DNA from: Paraspadella gotoi
Taxonomy: Eukaryota; Animalia; Chaetognatha
Reading direction: 5' to 3'
DNA length: 64,000 bases
NCBI GenBank assembly: GCA_051294375.1
Contig: CM119269.1
Location: 17,992,410-18,056,409, forward strand
Each line of letters starts with the position of its first letter. Positions within the stretch are counted from its first letter, which is position 1. The position numbers and the translations under genes were made by a program. Under the pieces are notes generated by a model. It was not told where the DNA came from and searched no databases. It saw only the letters and a program-made list of their open reading frames with translations. Of this stretch, positions 11,207 through 24,691 are shown one piece after another.

Positions 11207-14200
11207 TTTCTTCTCCTTTTTTTCCTTCATTCCCTCCCTTCTCTCCTTCTCTCTCTCTCTCTCTTCCTCTCTCTCTTCTGACAGCTCGTGCGTCGGGAGA
11301 GTCAAAAGGGTAAGGAATTCAGCGTCGGGGGTAAGGGTGGTGCCGAAGCGACCGAGCGGGAGAAGGAAAGAGAGATACGAGGAGGAAGGACCGAATGGTC
11401 CTCGGCCATTGTGTCGCGGTCAGTCGTCGATTTCGTCCGTTCTTTTCATCGGCAATATTCGTGTCGCCATGTCTTCAATAAAAAGATGCACCTTCGTCGG
11501 GCAGCCCTTCTTCACCGCGACGGGGCGATCGCGCTCCTTTTTCATTTTTCATCGAGTGTCTACTGTCTCTTTCTTTCGTTTCTTTCTTTCTTCTTTCTTT
11601 CTTTATTTTTATTTCTTTCTTTCTTTCTTTCTTCCGTTTCTTTATTTTCGTTCATTAGTCCATTATTTTCTTTTTTCTTTTTCTTTCTCGTTTATTAGAA
11701 TCTATTCATAAGCATGTTTCGGTCCATCCTTGCAATTCCGCACGAAGAAGGCGGACTGGCTAGGAGAGAGAAGAGGAGAGGGAAGAGAGAGACCGAGAGA
11801 GAAGAGAGAGGAGAAGAGAGAGAGAGAGAAGAGAGAAGAGAGGAGAAGGTCATCGACGTCGTGGATGTCGAATACAAAACATGCAAGATTGTGATAAGTT
11901 TGCGTAAGCATGTGTTCAGTCGTTTTTTGAGAAAAAAGTAAAAAAAAAGAGAGAGAAAGAGAGAGGAGAGGAAGAAGAGAGAGAGAGTGAGAGAGAGAGA
12001 CGAGGAGAAGAGAGAGAGAGAAGAGAGAGAGAGAGAATGAGAGAGAAAGTGGGAGAGGAATTGGACTTGAACGGTGAGCAGAAAATACGTAGCGATAAGC
12101 TATAGCGTACAGATGAGCGTACCGATGTCGTCATCTTCGGTGCGACATCTATCGCTGCTTCCATCCCGATCTTTTTCGATTCCTCAGTCACGTGACCCGC
12201 GATTCCAAGGTCATCCAAGGTCGAACGCTTTGACCCTGACGTCTGTCGATTCCATGTCCGACCTCGACGTTGTTGTCGTTGTTGTCGCTAGGTGACGAAA
12301 ACGCGAGCTCGGACGTTGATCTCACGCACGACGAGGACGTGGCTCACAAGAACGACGATGATAACGACGACAAAGAAGACAACGACGACGACTACAAAGA
12401 CGCGTAAGGACCGATTAATCGACGCAACGCGTTACGTCATCCATCGATAATGACGAGGACGATCGTGACGACATCGGACGACGTTGTCTCAAGAGGTGGC
12501 GTCCCTTTTATCTCCTTTTGTTTCTAATTCTTTCACTTTTCATTGTTTTTCTTTCTGCCCTTTTGATTTTGCTCTTTTATTTTCATGTCTCCTCTGCCAC
12601 CTCAGCCATCGGCAATCTTATTGCGGGTTATTGGGTTAGTAGGTCTGGAATATGTTCTTATTATTTCAAAGGAAGTTTATTCTTTCATTGGCCTCCCTCT
12701 CTATTGCGTCTCTATATTTTTCTTACTTTCTCTCACGCTTTGTAAGTGTGTCTTCCCCCTCTCTCCCTCTTTCTCTCTATCCGACTCACTCTCTGTTTCT
12801 CCCTCTCCTTTCTTCCCCTCCCCCCGTCCTGCTCAACGACCCTCGACTAAAACGTTTTCACGTCTCTTCGGGAGTCCATATGCCTCTTTCCTCTTCCTCT
12901 TCTTTCTCTCACAGAACCAACACACTTGTAATCCTCCTCCGATCCGTCCTCAACGACCATGGCGGCAGAAGGTGTCCAAAGGAAAAGGGAAGAGGGGGTG
13001 ACAGCGAAGTGAGCTTCGACGACCAAGTGGCGTTGCAATGAATATGGAGATGTGTTTGGGCGGGATTTGAAAAGCCAATCGAACTGATAAAAAAAATTGT
13101 TAAAGTTTTAAAAACGAAGTTTTAAAAATAATGGGTGAGAAATTAGAAAAAATACGCGGCTTTCTTGTGCCTGAGATGGACTTGTAGACCCAACATGGCA
13201 CAAAACAAAGGTTTTTTCTGCCCAGTACGTAAAGTAACGCGATCACAAAGCTGTCATTACCAATCTGTCTATCCTCTTTCTCATGTTTTTTTCTTTATTT
13301 CGTAATNNNNNNNNNNNNNNNNNNNNNNNNNNNNNNNNNNNNNNNNNNNNNNNNNNNNNNNNNNNNNNNNNNNNNNNNNNNNNNNNNNNNNNNNNNNNNN
13401 NNNNNNNNNNNNNNNNNNNNNNNNNNNNNNNNNNNNNNNNNNNNNNNNNNNNNNNNNNNNNNNNNNNNNNNNNNNNNNNNNNNNNNNNNNNNNNNNNNNN
13501 NNNNNNNNNNNNNNNNNNNNNNNNNNNNNNNNNNNNNNNNNNNNNNNNNNNNNNNNNNNNNNNNNNNNNNNNNNNNNNNNNNNNNNNNNNNNNNNNNNNN
13601 NNNNNNNNNNNNNNNNNNNNNNNNNNNNNNNNNNNNNNNNNNNNNNNNNNNNNNNNNNNNNNNNNNNNNNNNNNNNNNNNNNNNNNNNNNNNNNNNNNNN
13701 NNNNNNNNNNNNNNNNNNNNNNNNNNNNNNNNNNNNNNNNNNNNNNNNNNNNNNNNNNNNNNNNNNNNNNNNNNNNNNNNNNNNNNNNNNNNNNNNNNNN
13801 NNNNNNNNNNNNNNNNNNNNNNNNNNNNNNNNNNNNNNNNNNNNNNNNNNNNNNNNNNNNNNNNNNNNNNNNNNNNNNNNNNNNNNNNNNNNNNNNNNNN
13901 NNNNNNNNNNNNNNNNNNNNNNNNNNNNNNNNNNNNNNNNNNNNNNNNNNNNNNNNNNNNNNNNNNNNNNNNNNNNNNNNNNNNNNNNNNNNNNNNNNNN
14001 NNNNNNNNNNNNNNNNNNNNNNNNNNNNNNNNNNNNNNNNNNNNNNNNNNNNNNNNNNNNNNNNNNNNNNNNNNNNNNNNNNNNNNNNNNNNNNNNNNNN
14101 NNNNNNNNNNNNNNNNNNNNNNNNNNNNNNNNNNNNNNNNNNNNNNNNNNNNNNNNNNNNNNNNNNNNNNNNNNNNNNNNNNNNNNNNNNNNNNNNNNCC

Positions 14201-14329
14201 CTAGTGATTATAGTCCAAGAATGACGAAGAAAACGCAATCGATGACGTTAAAAGCGACAACGAACAAGGAAGACCAAGACGAAGTCCAATTGACGGAAGC
14301 TCGACAAAGATAAGAACCTAGAAATACAC

Positions 14330-14389
14330 TCAGAACCTCGGAACCTCAGAACCTCAGAACTTCAGAACCACGGAACCTCAGAACCTCAG
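14330..14389 (+). repeat. 8-bp minisatellite (CAGAACCT)n
   Basis: About 7 tandem units of cagaacct/cggaacct. Confidence 0.8.
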
Positions 14390-15217
14390 CTACCTCTCTG
14401 TGACATTGTCATCAAAAAGAAATTCCAAAAGCGAAAAATAATTTCAAGGACATATTTAAATTAAAAAGGAGATGAGCGGTTAAGCGAAAAAAACGAATGG
14501 CGACTAAAAAACAAAAGATCACCGAAAACCCACGGACCAGCACCCAACAAAAGGTCCCATAGAGTTTCAATCCGTCGGAGGTCCACATATTTTCGAGGGA
14601 GAGACGAGGATACAGATTTTTGACTCTGAAAAATTCCCACAGTTAAAACGGAAGTGGGAAAAGTATTTAGAAGGTGGGGGGGGGAATATTAGTGAAGGGA
14701 GAGGGAGAGAGAAATAGAGACAGAGTGGCTAATAGAAATAGACAAAGCGAGGTTCTTGGGTTTAGGTTTGATTTAATCCTATTCCATAATGAATACAAAC
14801 ACACAAGAGAAATGTTTCAAACTGGCCTTCGAAAAAGTGTCGAAAAAAAAAGCTATAAAAAACTTTAAATATCAATAACAAAAAAAATCTCAAAGGATTC
14901 CCACATTAGAAATTCCGCGCTCAGAAGTTTCGAGTATTTGTTACAAAAGAAAAAAAGAAATTCGCTCTGACAAACAAACTCAATCAGAATCGTCGAATTA
15001 AGAAAAAAAGAAAAAGAAACAAAAGAAAAAAACTCGAAAAACCAAAAAAGGGACAATAAAAAAAAATCTGGGAAAAAATGAAGACGTAAAAAATATANNN
15101 NNNNNNNAAAGAATCGAGGAAAAATCCTTGGGAAAAAATCTCCGAGTCAAAGATCTTTAACTTTATAGCGGCTTTGGTTTCAATGGAGGTAGTGGTTCAT
15201 GACAAATAAAAAGATAA

Positions 15218-15343
<126 letters not shown>

Positions 15344-17965
15344 AAGCCTTCCGGACGAATAATGAAAAAAGAGTCATAAGAACAAATGAGAAAGATAAAA
15401 ACTGCCCAACAAGACGGCAACAAAGAAAAAGACCCAAAAAATGAAAAGAAAAGAAAAAAAATCTGGAAATCTCGAAAATTAAAATGAGGTGGTAACAAGA
15501 TTTGATACAAAAGACGAAGCCAAAAAATCTCAGTCGAAGACGCAGAGGCTTTTGTCATTTTGTCATCGCCTAAAAATGAGGCAACAAAGTAATATGACAC
15601 TTCGACGTTAGAGGTTTTAAATGATAATATTACAAACTTGTAAATTAGGCATTGTAATATTTTTAGTGTATGTAGGTAACAACCAAAAAATGTATTGAAT
15701 TTCTCACAATACCTTAGTGGAAATCCTATTTTCCTTATGTTAATCAATCAATAAATTAAGTAAATCAATTACAAACAATCCTNNNNNNNNNNNNNNNNNN
15801 NNNNNNNNNNNNNNNNNNNNNNNNNNNNNNNNNNNNNNNNNNNNNNNNNNNNNNNNNNNNNNNNNNNNNNNNNNNNNNNNNNNNNNNNNNNNNNNNNNNN
15901 NNNNNNNNNNNNNNNNNNNNNNNNNNNNNNNNNNNNNNNNNNNNNNNNNNNNNNNNNNNNNNNNNNNNNNNNNNNNNNNNNNNNNNNNNNCCCTTGGCTA
16001 AATTTGAAACCCCTCGGGAAAATCGGCCCGTACCCCAAAAGGCGACGGCCGAAGCGACAAAAACTCAATGCGATGACTTATGACTTTTTTGGGTCTGAGA
16101 AACTAAACATTNNNNNNNNNNNNNNNNNNNNNNNNNNNNNNNNNNNNNNNNNNNNNNNNNNNNNNNNNNNNNNNNNNNNNNNNNNNNNNNNNNNNNNNNN
16201 NNNNNNNNNNNNNNNNNNNNNNNNNNNNNNNNNNNNNNNNNNNNNNNNNNNNNNNNNNNNNNNNNNNNNNNNNNNNNNNNNNNNNNNNNNNNNNNNNNNN
16301 NNNNNNNNNNNNNNNNNNNNNNNNNNNNNNNNNNNNNNNNNNNNNNNNNNNNNNNNNNNNNNNNNNNNNNNNNCGAGAGAGAGCGTGAAGTTGTTAAGGA
16401 CGAAACGTCACTATTTTCCTTTTTTTTACGGTTTCATTTTCGATTAAATTTTTGGCTTTTTTTTTACTCATGGACCCGAATGCCTTCGGCCATGACTGAG
16501 CCAAACGCCATTCCCTTTGCCAGTCGCTTTCGCCATCTCCGACTTTGCCAGAGTCGAAAACGATGGCATTTTATTCGACTGGGAATGTTGGGATAAGATA
16601 TCAATACCGTATCAAGGATGGTGGAAGAAATGGGACGACGAGTCGGGGGTGCGGAGACTGTGAGCTGCGAAGAGATGGGTGATGTGTCGAATCGTTGGAT
16701 TCACCGCGAATGTGAATGTGAATGTGAATCGATGGGTCGACGACGTCGTCATCCTCATCATCATCACAAAACGCGAGTCATGAATTTTGATTTACAATCT
16801 TATCGCCGCCGCCGCCGCCCCCCCTCCAACAACGACGACAACCCATCCTCCCTACCGAACCTCATCCTTTGTGATAATTTTCACATCTTTTGTGATCTTT
16901 TGTGAGGGTTTTTGATTCCAGGCTCGGTGCCGGGCGATGAGCCCGAGGTGTGTGATAGACAGAGAGAAAAAGGAAGCGTCACGGGAGGCGGTTCCCACAC
17001 AATCGAATCATTTGCTCTTCTTTTTTCTTTTCTTTATTCGTTTCACTTTTGATTTTTTTTTGTGGGGGGGGAGGCAGGGGGTTTGCGTAACGACCGCCAG
17101 GGGCGCTCCTGTCAGCGTTGGTCGCTAGAGAATTCTGAATTATCTATTAAACTGTATCACTTTTTTTGAGGGAACATTTCATTTTTACAAATACGAGTAT
17201 ATGTATGTAATACATACTATGTATGTGCTGAGCAATCGTTACAAAGTTAATGGGAATGTACACTGTACACTGTACAGTGCACAATGTACCATGTTCATTA
17301 ATGATTTCATTGTCCCTCTCGAAACTGAACCAAATAATGACTAATGCTGATGAGTGATGATGCTCCAAGAGAGTGAGACGTCATCTCGCTCAACATTGTG
17401 ATTCGAGCCTTGAGTTTCGATATACATTCTGACGGTCGCTCCAAAATTCAAATGAAGATGATAAAGATGACGACGTACCTTCGCCTGTGATGAACTCGAT
17501 ATTTCTTTTGTGATTTTTTGTGATGGTTTTTATTTGGTCCCGGTGCCGAGCGATAAGCCTGAGGTGCGAGAGATTCATCGTTCTTTTTTAACGGCGTCGT
17601 CGTCGTCGTCGTCGTTTTAATATAAAAAGATTTCGTCAATGAATTAAATTTTGACGACGTGTCGGCGTGAGAAACAGTTGTTGTGATTGATGAATGAATG
17701 AATAAATGAATAAATGTATGAATGAATACATAAAAGAATGAATGAATGAATGAAATAATTAATGAATGAATCTATGATTATTAATCAACATTATGAATGT
17801 GTGCATTATTTTAACTAGAACTGAAAAATTCAAAAACGAAATGAAGTTGTTATAATATAGAAAAATTATAAAGTGTGAAGGAAAGAATCTCTTACTAACT
17901 CTGAATAAATATAAATATAAATATCTTCAACCTCTTTATCTCTTTCAAACTTTTGTCCTCCTATC

Positions 17966-18043
<78 letters not shown>

Positions 18044-18045
18044 CT

Positions 18046-18092
<47 letters not shown>

Positions 18093-19103
18093 CTCTTTCT
18101 TTCTTTCTTTCTCTCTTTCTTTCTCTCCTTCCTCTTTCTTTCGCCTCCCGATAAATATTCCTCCAATCTCCACGCAGACTTATCAGATCTCAACGAATAT
18201 TAAGCGACAAAAAAAAGTGTTAATATGAGAAGTGGGGAGTCAAGGAGGTTGAGAAGGAGACTAGGAGGGAGGAGGCGGGGGGGGGGGAACAAGAGAAGGA
18301 CAAAATATTGTGTTCACCCCCGTCCAGTCACCCATCGTTGATTCCCTTCCAAATCTATTGTACAAAAAAACGAGTCTTTTCCCACGAAGTTAAAAATAGA
18401 TTCNNNNNNNNNNNNNNNNNNNNNNNNNNNNNNNNNNNNNNNNNNNNNNNNNNNNNNNNNNNNNNNNNNNNNNNNNNNNNNNNNNNNNNNNNNNNNNNNN
18501 NNNNNNNNNNNNNNNNNNNNNNNNNNNNNNNNNNNNNNNNNNNNNNNNNNNNNNNNNNNNNNNNNNNNNNNNNNNNNNNNNNNNNNNNNNNNNNNNNNNN
18601 NNNNNNNNNNNNNNNNNNNNNNNNNNNNNNNNNNNNNNNNNNNNNNNNNNNNNNNNNNNNNNNNNNNNNNNNNNNNNNNNNNNNNNNNNNNNNNNNNNNN
18701 NNNNNNNNNNNNNNNNNNNNNNNNNNNNNNNNNNNNNNNNNNNNNNNNNNNNNNNNNNNNNNNNNNNNNNNNNNNNNNNNNNNNNNNNNNNNNNNNNNNN
18801 NNNNNNNNNNNNNNNNNNNNNNNNNNNNNNNNNNNNNNNNNNNNAGAAAGGGGGGGAGGCGAGACCCACGTCTCTTGGTTGCTAAGCCGCCTGCCGCCCC
18901 ATCGGTTTTTCTTTGTTCGTCCGGAGTTCGATCCCCGCCGTCCCCGTCTTCTTTCTTTTATTCTCTACTTTTTTTTCTTTCCTTTTTTTTTTCCTCTTTT
19001 TTTTTCTTTTATTTCTAAAAACCGCGGCGATTATTTGGTTATGAAGGCAGCGGAGGACAAAGGAGAGCGTTGACGTTTTCAAGATTTTCCGCCCGATCTC
19101 CGG

Positions 19104-19153
<50 letters not shown>

Positions 19154-19660
19154 CCTCCCCATTCCTATAGATCAGGCGTCGACAAGTCAATTTTTTCAGG
19201 TTTAACTTTTTTGTTTAACTTTTTTCTTCAACCTCCGAAAATGGAGTCGGTCTTACTATGAAGTTTTATACAGTTTTATAAAAAGCTTACAGTTTAATTC
19301 TGACAAGCATTTAGTTCATTACAAATAGAGTACAGAAGAAGAACTATGGATAATTTAGGGCGTTAATGTATAATATAAGTAGTGTAAAGAAAATGTTAAC
19401 CTTTTACCAAAATAAACCAAGCGGTCGATTTTTGACAATTTTTTATAGACTTTTGCTTAATGAATGTTGTACTTTATTTCAAAATTTCATGTTTACTCCT
19501 TTACTCTAAGCTACCATGAAATAACAAAACAAGTTTTTCTCGTCAATTGTAAATGTACCTTTGCGACCGACTAATATTTTGGTTTTATCCTTTTGATTAC
19601 AAATTCAAGGGAATGTCAGTTACTTTAAACAACGTCGGTCTTTAGGTGTTATTGTAATAT

Positions 19661-19758
<98 letters not shown>

Positions 19759-22700
19759 TCAGAGTCAATTTTTGGCAATAAGCTCCACCCAAACGTCGTT
19801 CGAAGTTCGAACACCCAAGTATCGACCGGCGAAAAATACTCCACGAATGTTGAGGACGAAGTTGAGAGACAAAAGACAAGAATATGAAACAAAAGAAGAA
19901 GTATCTAGAATAAAAGACAATAGAGAAATTATTAACCCAAAGAAGAAAAGGTACGGACCCCCGACCGACGCTTCTCTCCTCCTTTATCATAGGGTGACTT
20001 CGTTCGTCGTCTTGGTTGTCGTCGTCGTCGTCACCGCCTTTCTTTTCTACCATTCATTCATTGTCAATGGTAGACGAACGATGAGGGCGATGAACGATCG
20101 CTGAACGGCGGATGAATGCCCGCTGAATGCCGATGAACGGCCTGAGAGGTTCGCCTAATGAGTCTATGCAATTGTATGTANNNNNNNNNNNNNNNNNNNN
20201 NNNNNNNNNNNNNNNNNNNNNNNNNNNNNNNNNNNNNNNNNNNNNNNNNNNNNNNNNNNNNNNNNNNNNNNNNNNNNNNNNNNNNNNNNNNNNNNNGAGA
20301 GAGAGAGAGAGAGAGAGAGAGACATTAGCATCACAATAAAATGCTATGCGGAGGAATTTCTCACACCACAAAAAATGAAGTCTAAAGTTTGATCCTCGAG
20401 ATTTAAGGCGAAGACTCGACGCCCCACGAATTTTGTCAAAGGGAGGTTTCTCGTTTCCAAGGTATTAAACCTTGTTTGTTAAGTTTTGCAAAATTACCTG
20501 TTACACTATGTATTTTAAGTTTTAATTTTTTTAAAATATCGTTAAAGGGATAATTTGTTTTGGGTCGTGGTTGTATATATTATCTTATTTTATATTATTT
20601 TATTATTTATACAACTATATTTCTCTTTTCTACTTTCTTTGTGGTAATTTATTTTGCCAAATTTAGTAAAATATTCGTTTTAGTATATACTTTGCCCCAA
20701 AGTTGCGAGAATCTTAATTATCAACAAAACCAGTACTAATACTAATGTTGAAAAAAGTTGTATTGTGTATATTAATATTAGGCTTTTTGTTCGGTTGATG
20801 ACAATATTCATTTATTTATTGCATAATTGTGAGATAATTTTTTTAAACTTTGTCTACGTATTTGGCATTTGAAATCTAGTCAATCTAGATATTTCTGCTG
20901 AATGCTCAATGTGAGTTTGAATATAAATCTCTTCTCTCTTCTCCTCATCCCTGATTCCATTCATTATTAATTCTCGACTTAATAATTGATTTCTTTCTTC
21001 ATTTGGAAAATCACGTCGCAGGTTTCATCGTCTTCGCTATCGTCGCCGTCGTCGTCGTCGTCGTCTATCGAAACAAGTGCCGGATGAGTCTCGGCGCGTG
21101 CGTGGCGGTGGCGCCGGATGTCGGCGTCGGTGACTGCGGCTCCGTCGTTATCGGCGCCAGCGTCTGCGTCCTTATTCACGGCAGAAGAGGCGGAGGCGGC
21201 GACGGCGGCGGCTGCGGCGAGGAATGATCCTGTCGATCAAGAATTAATGAATGAATCGAAAAGAATTGAATTTTTCAGCACGAATGATTTCGTCTTCATT
21301 GATTTCCTCGAAGGAGGAAAAGATAAATGGCTGTTGTTGTTGTTGTGATCTTAAATCGCCGCCATAGAGGGATTCATATCTTTACTGTGAAAATGATTAT
21401 GATTATGATGACGATGATGATTTCTGTTACCTTGATAACGATACTGATAGTCATCATGATGATGAGGATTTGCATTACAAATTACCATAATGACGTTTCT
21501 GTCGTTGTTGTTGTAGCTATTTGATGACGTTTATGATAACATTATTGATGACAATGACGATTTTAAAGGTAGAGGTAGTGGGTAGTGGGTAGTGGGTAGT
21601 GATCGTGGATCCTTCAATCTTCGTCGTCGTTTTCGTCGTCGTCGTCAGGGTCGTCGTGATTAACCTCATCTTCGCCATTATTTCCACATTTTTTCCCTCG
21701 ATTTTTACTTCCGATCGAATGACATCGAAATTTGTCGAAAAAAGTTCGGGTCAACGACTGTGACGACGACGTCGATGACTTTTTTACAAGATTTCTCCGC
21801 TTGGACCCTAGCAACGGTGAACGACCAACCGCGGGGAGGGGGAGAAAAAGCAGCAGAAGAAAAAAAAAAACTTGCGGAAACCGACCCTAAGGTCATTGCT
21901 TGGTTCGGACCGCTTGGTTCGTCTTCTTGTATTCGGCCAATCAACTCGGTTTTACAGAGTTCACGATTCGCGGTTCGCTGCCCGATTTGTCGCGGGAACG
22001 ATGACCCAAGAAAATCGTTTTAATATCGTTTCAATGTTGTTGATTTTGATAAGATTTCTTTTTTAGATTAATTAACGTTTGAATTTGGATTCAATTCGGT
22101 AAAATATATACTTAGATTTTTATCGTTATGTACGTCAATGATAAATTGAACTGAAAGTTCGGCAAAGATTTCTTCGAAGCCTAATTCCTTTTTTCTTATT
22201 TAAAAAAGCAACTAAAGAATCTTTACAAACCATCTCATATTCTTTTTGTGATATGCAAAAGAAGCATTGGATCTCAGCAACTAGTTTTTTTTTTTCAAAT
22301 TCAAACCAACTTAAACTAAATACACACATCTTATGTCAGTTTTGACCACGGATTGGAGGTATTCAGCTGAATAATTGATCTCTGATTATTTTACGCGATA
22401 NNNNNNNNNNCTTCGACGACGACGACGACGACCTCGATAGGATCAGAGAAAAAAATACGTTTATTATGTACCGTGACAAGATGGATCGAATGACCGGACA
22501 AATGACCTGACAAAGGACCGATCTGACGGAAAAGAGTTAACCCGAAAATTGACCCTAAAATCAAGGGAAAATGATAAAAAAAAATTTCCTTCACGTTTAA
22601 TAAAAGGAGTGACATGACGCGACGACGACGACGACGACGACTACGACAGAAGCGACGAAAATGAAATTAATGCGATGCATACGGTAACAAAAGATTATTA

Positions 22701-22977
22701 AATTATATATTTTTTAATATTTATCTATTATCTTTTAAATCGCTTTCTTAGACGCAGGACAGTTAGAAAAAACCTTATATTTATAGCTACCGAGTTTTTA
22801 TAATGCAGTATTTATTCTTTTTAAAATTATCTATTTGCCTAATTCATATTACTTTTTTAATTGATTGATAAATTGTGAAATGACAAAACAAATGTCTGAA
22901 CAAACGAGGAAATAGAATAGGGATGACCCGAAAATGACCCTTGGAAGAAAGAGAGAGAGAGAGAGAGAAGAGAGAGA

Positions 22978-23038
<61 letters not shown>

Positions 23039-23489
23039 AGAGAGAGAGGAGAGAGAGTTGCCAAAAAAGTGGAAATGGGGATGGGATGATCGAGGTGGAG
23101 TCGACGCCACCATTCTTTCATTCTTTCGTTCATTCATTTCTTCATTCATTATTCATTATTCATTCATTCATTCATTCATTCATTATTCAATCAATATTTC
23201 ATTCATTCATTCATACATTCATTTCATATTTATTCTTTCTTTATTCTTTTTCTTTCTTTCTCTCTTTCCATTATTTTTTCTTTCTCTCTCTCTTTTTCTT
23301 CTTCTTAATTCTTTTTGCCTAGTATTTCTTTGTTTTGTATGTACTTTTTTTGTTCAACGCGTAATTCGTTTTCCAGTTTAACTCGACTGAGGTCGTCGTC
23401 ATCGTTATTGAAGTTGGTCGTCAGGCAACCACGTCTGAGGAGAGGAATGGAGAAAATAGAGGAGAGAAGTGTGAGAGGAAAGATAGACG

Positions 23490-23996
23490 TTGAACAGGCT
23501 TGGTGGTTTTAAGCCTCAATCACTCTTACAAAATAATGACATGACTTGTAGAGATGATGGAGGCCTTAAACCACCAAAGCCTGTCCAAAGTCAGGGGCAA
23601 GATAGCTTATATTATTAAATGAATGGATAATTTTTATATTGGTTGTACCAATTTCATAAAATTCAGCTCCTTGTATTTTGATGCTAGTGCGGAGTACAAT
23701 AAGTATTCCCCGATCTAATACTTAAGGGAGTGGTCTTTTCATACAATTGAAACATTCTTTGAAATATTTTCCACTTCATTGATAGGGAAGCCAGGTACTC
23801 TGGGAGTGAATAAACGAGACTGTGAAGAGAGTCTTGATTGAAAGCTTGCAGGGACCTGCTATGACATTATCTTGTAAGAGTGATGGAGCCTTAAACCACC
23901 AAAGCCTGTCCAAAGTCAGGGGCAAGATAGCTTATTTATTAAATGAATGGATAATTTTTATATTGGTTGTACCAATTTCATAGCAGATCCATGCAG
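23490..23996. mobile_element. Rearranged Penelope-like element terminal-repeat fragment (second copy 30980-31486)
   Basis: About 43-bp hairpin, two direct copies of an about 115-bp unit, and an atypical hammerhead-like CTG-TGAAGA-GAGTCTTGATT-GAAAGCTTG-CAG. Related pieces occur near 24946 and at 40575-40655. Confidence 0.5.
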
Positions 23997-24591
23997 CCGG
24001 TCCCTGTTTCTGAAACTATGAGTGCTCACCACTTATTCGGTCCCTTCATACAAGAAGAAAGCCTCAGAGATAACCATAATCATTCACTCCCCCCCCCGTC
24101 GAACCAGACGCCTCGTGGCTTAAAGTAACGAGGACGAGACGCGATCTCGCGATATCTGTCTCGGACACGCCCTATTGAGAGTTTATTGTTACAGTTGTTG
24201 AGATTGTTGTATTAAATAAATAAAATAGTAATCAATTAATTTTTGTGTATTGTAAAGTTTGCAGGTACATTCTAAATAATGCGGCTTGAGAGGAAAGAAA
24301 ATATATGAGGTGCAATTTTTTGCTAAAAGATATATAGTATAAGATGAATGGCCATTTTCAAATTGATAACGAACCCTAAAAAGACTTTAATATTTAAAGA
24401 ATATTGCTATCTTTAAATACGTTGTTTCTTAAATTTCTCTATGTCGCTTTTAGTCACGGCAAATCGAATGGCCACTGCAACTCTCGCATTCTCGGCTTCG
24501 ATGTCAGCCAATGGTTTTATTGCATTTTCGCGGATTTATGGAATCTTGTCAAACACAGCGGATTGATGGCGGATGGGACGTAAAATGCGGG

Positions 24592-24637
<46 letters not shown>

Positions 24638-24659
24638 GAGAGATGAGAAGAGAAGAGAG

Positions 24660-24691
<32 letters not shown>

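Noticed and set aside
13056-13080. E2F/CHR/CCAAT-like motif string (also an E2F-like tttcccgccaaa near 57523)
   Set aside because: No associated gene or transcript evidence, and short motifs occur by chance.
13243-14238. ORFs containing long X runs (also 45795-47369 and 18308-19018)
   Set aside because: They are open only because they cross N gaps.
17346-17385. CTGATGA matches at 17347 and 59959 as further hammerheads
   Set aside because: No correctly placed helix II-GAAA-helix III-NUH arrangement.
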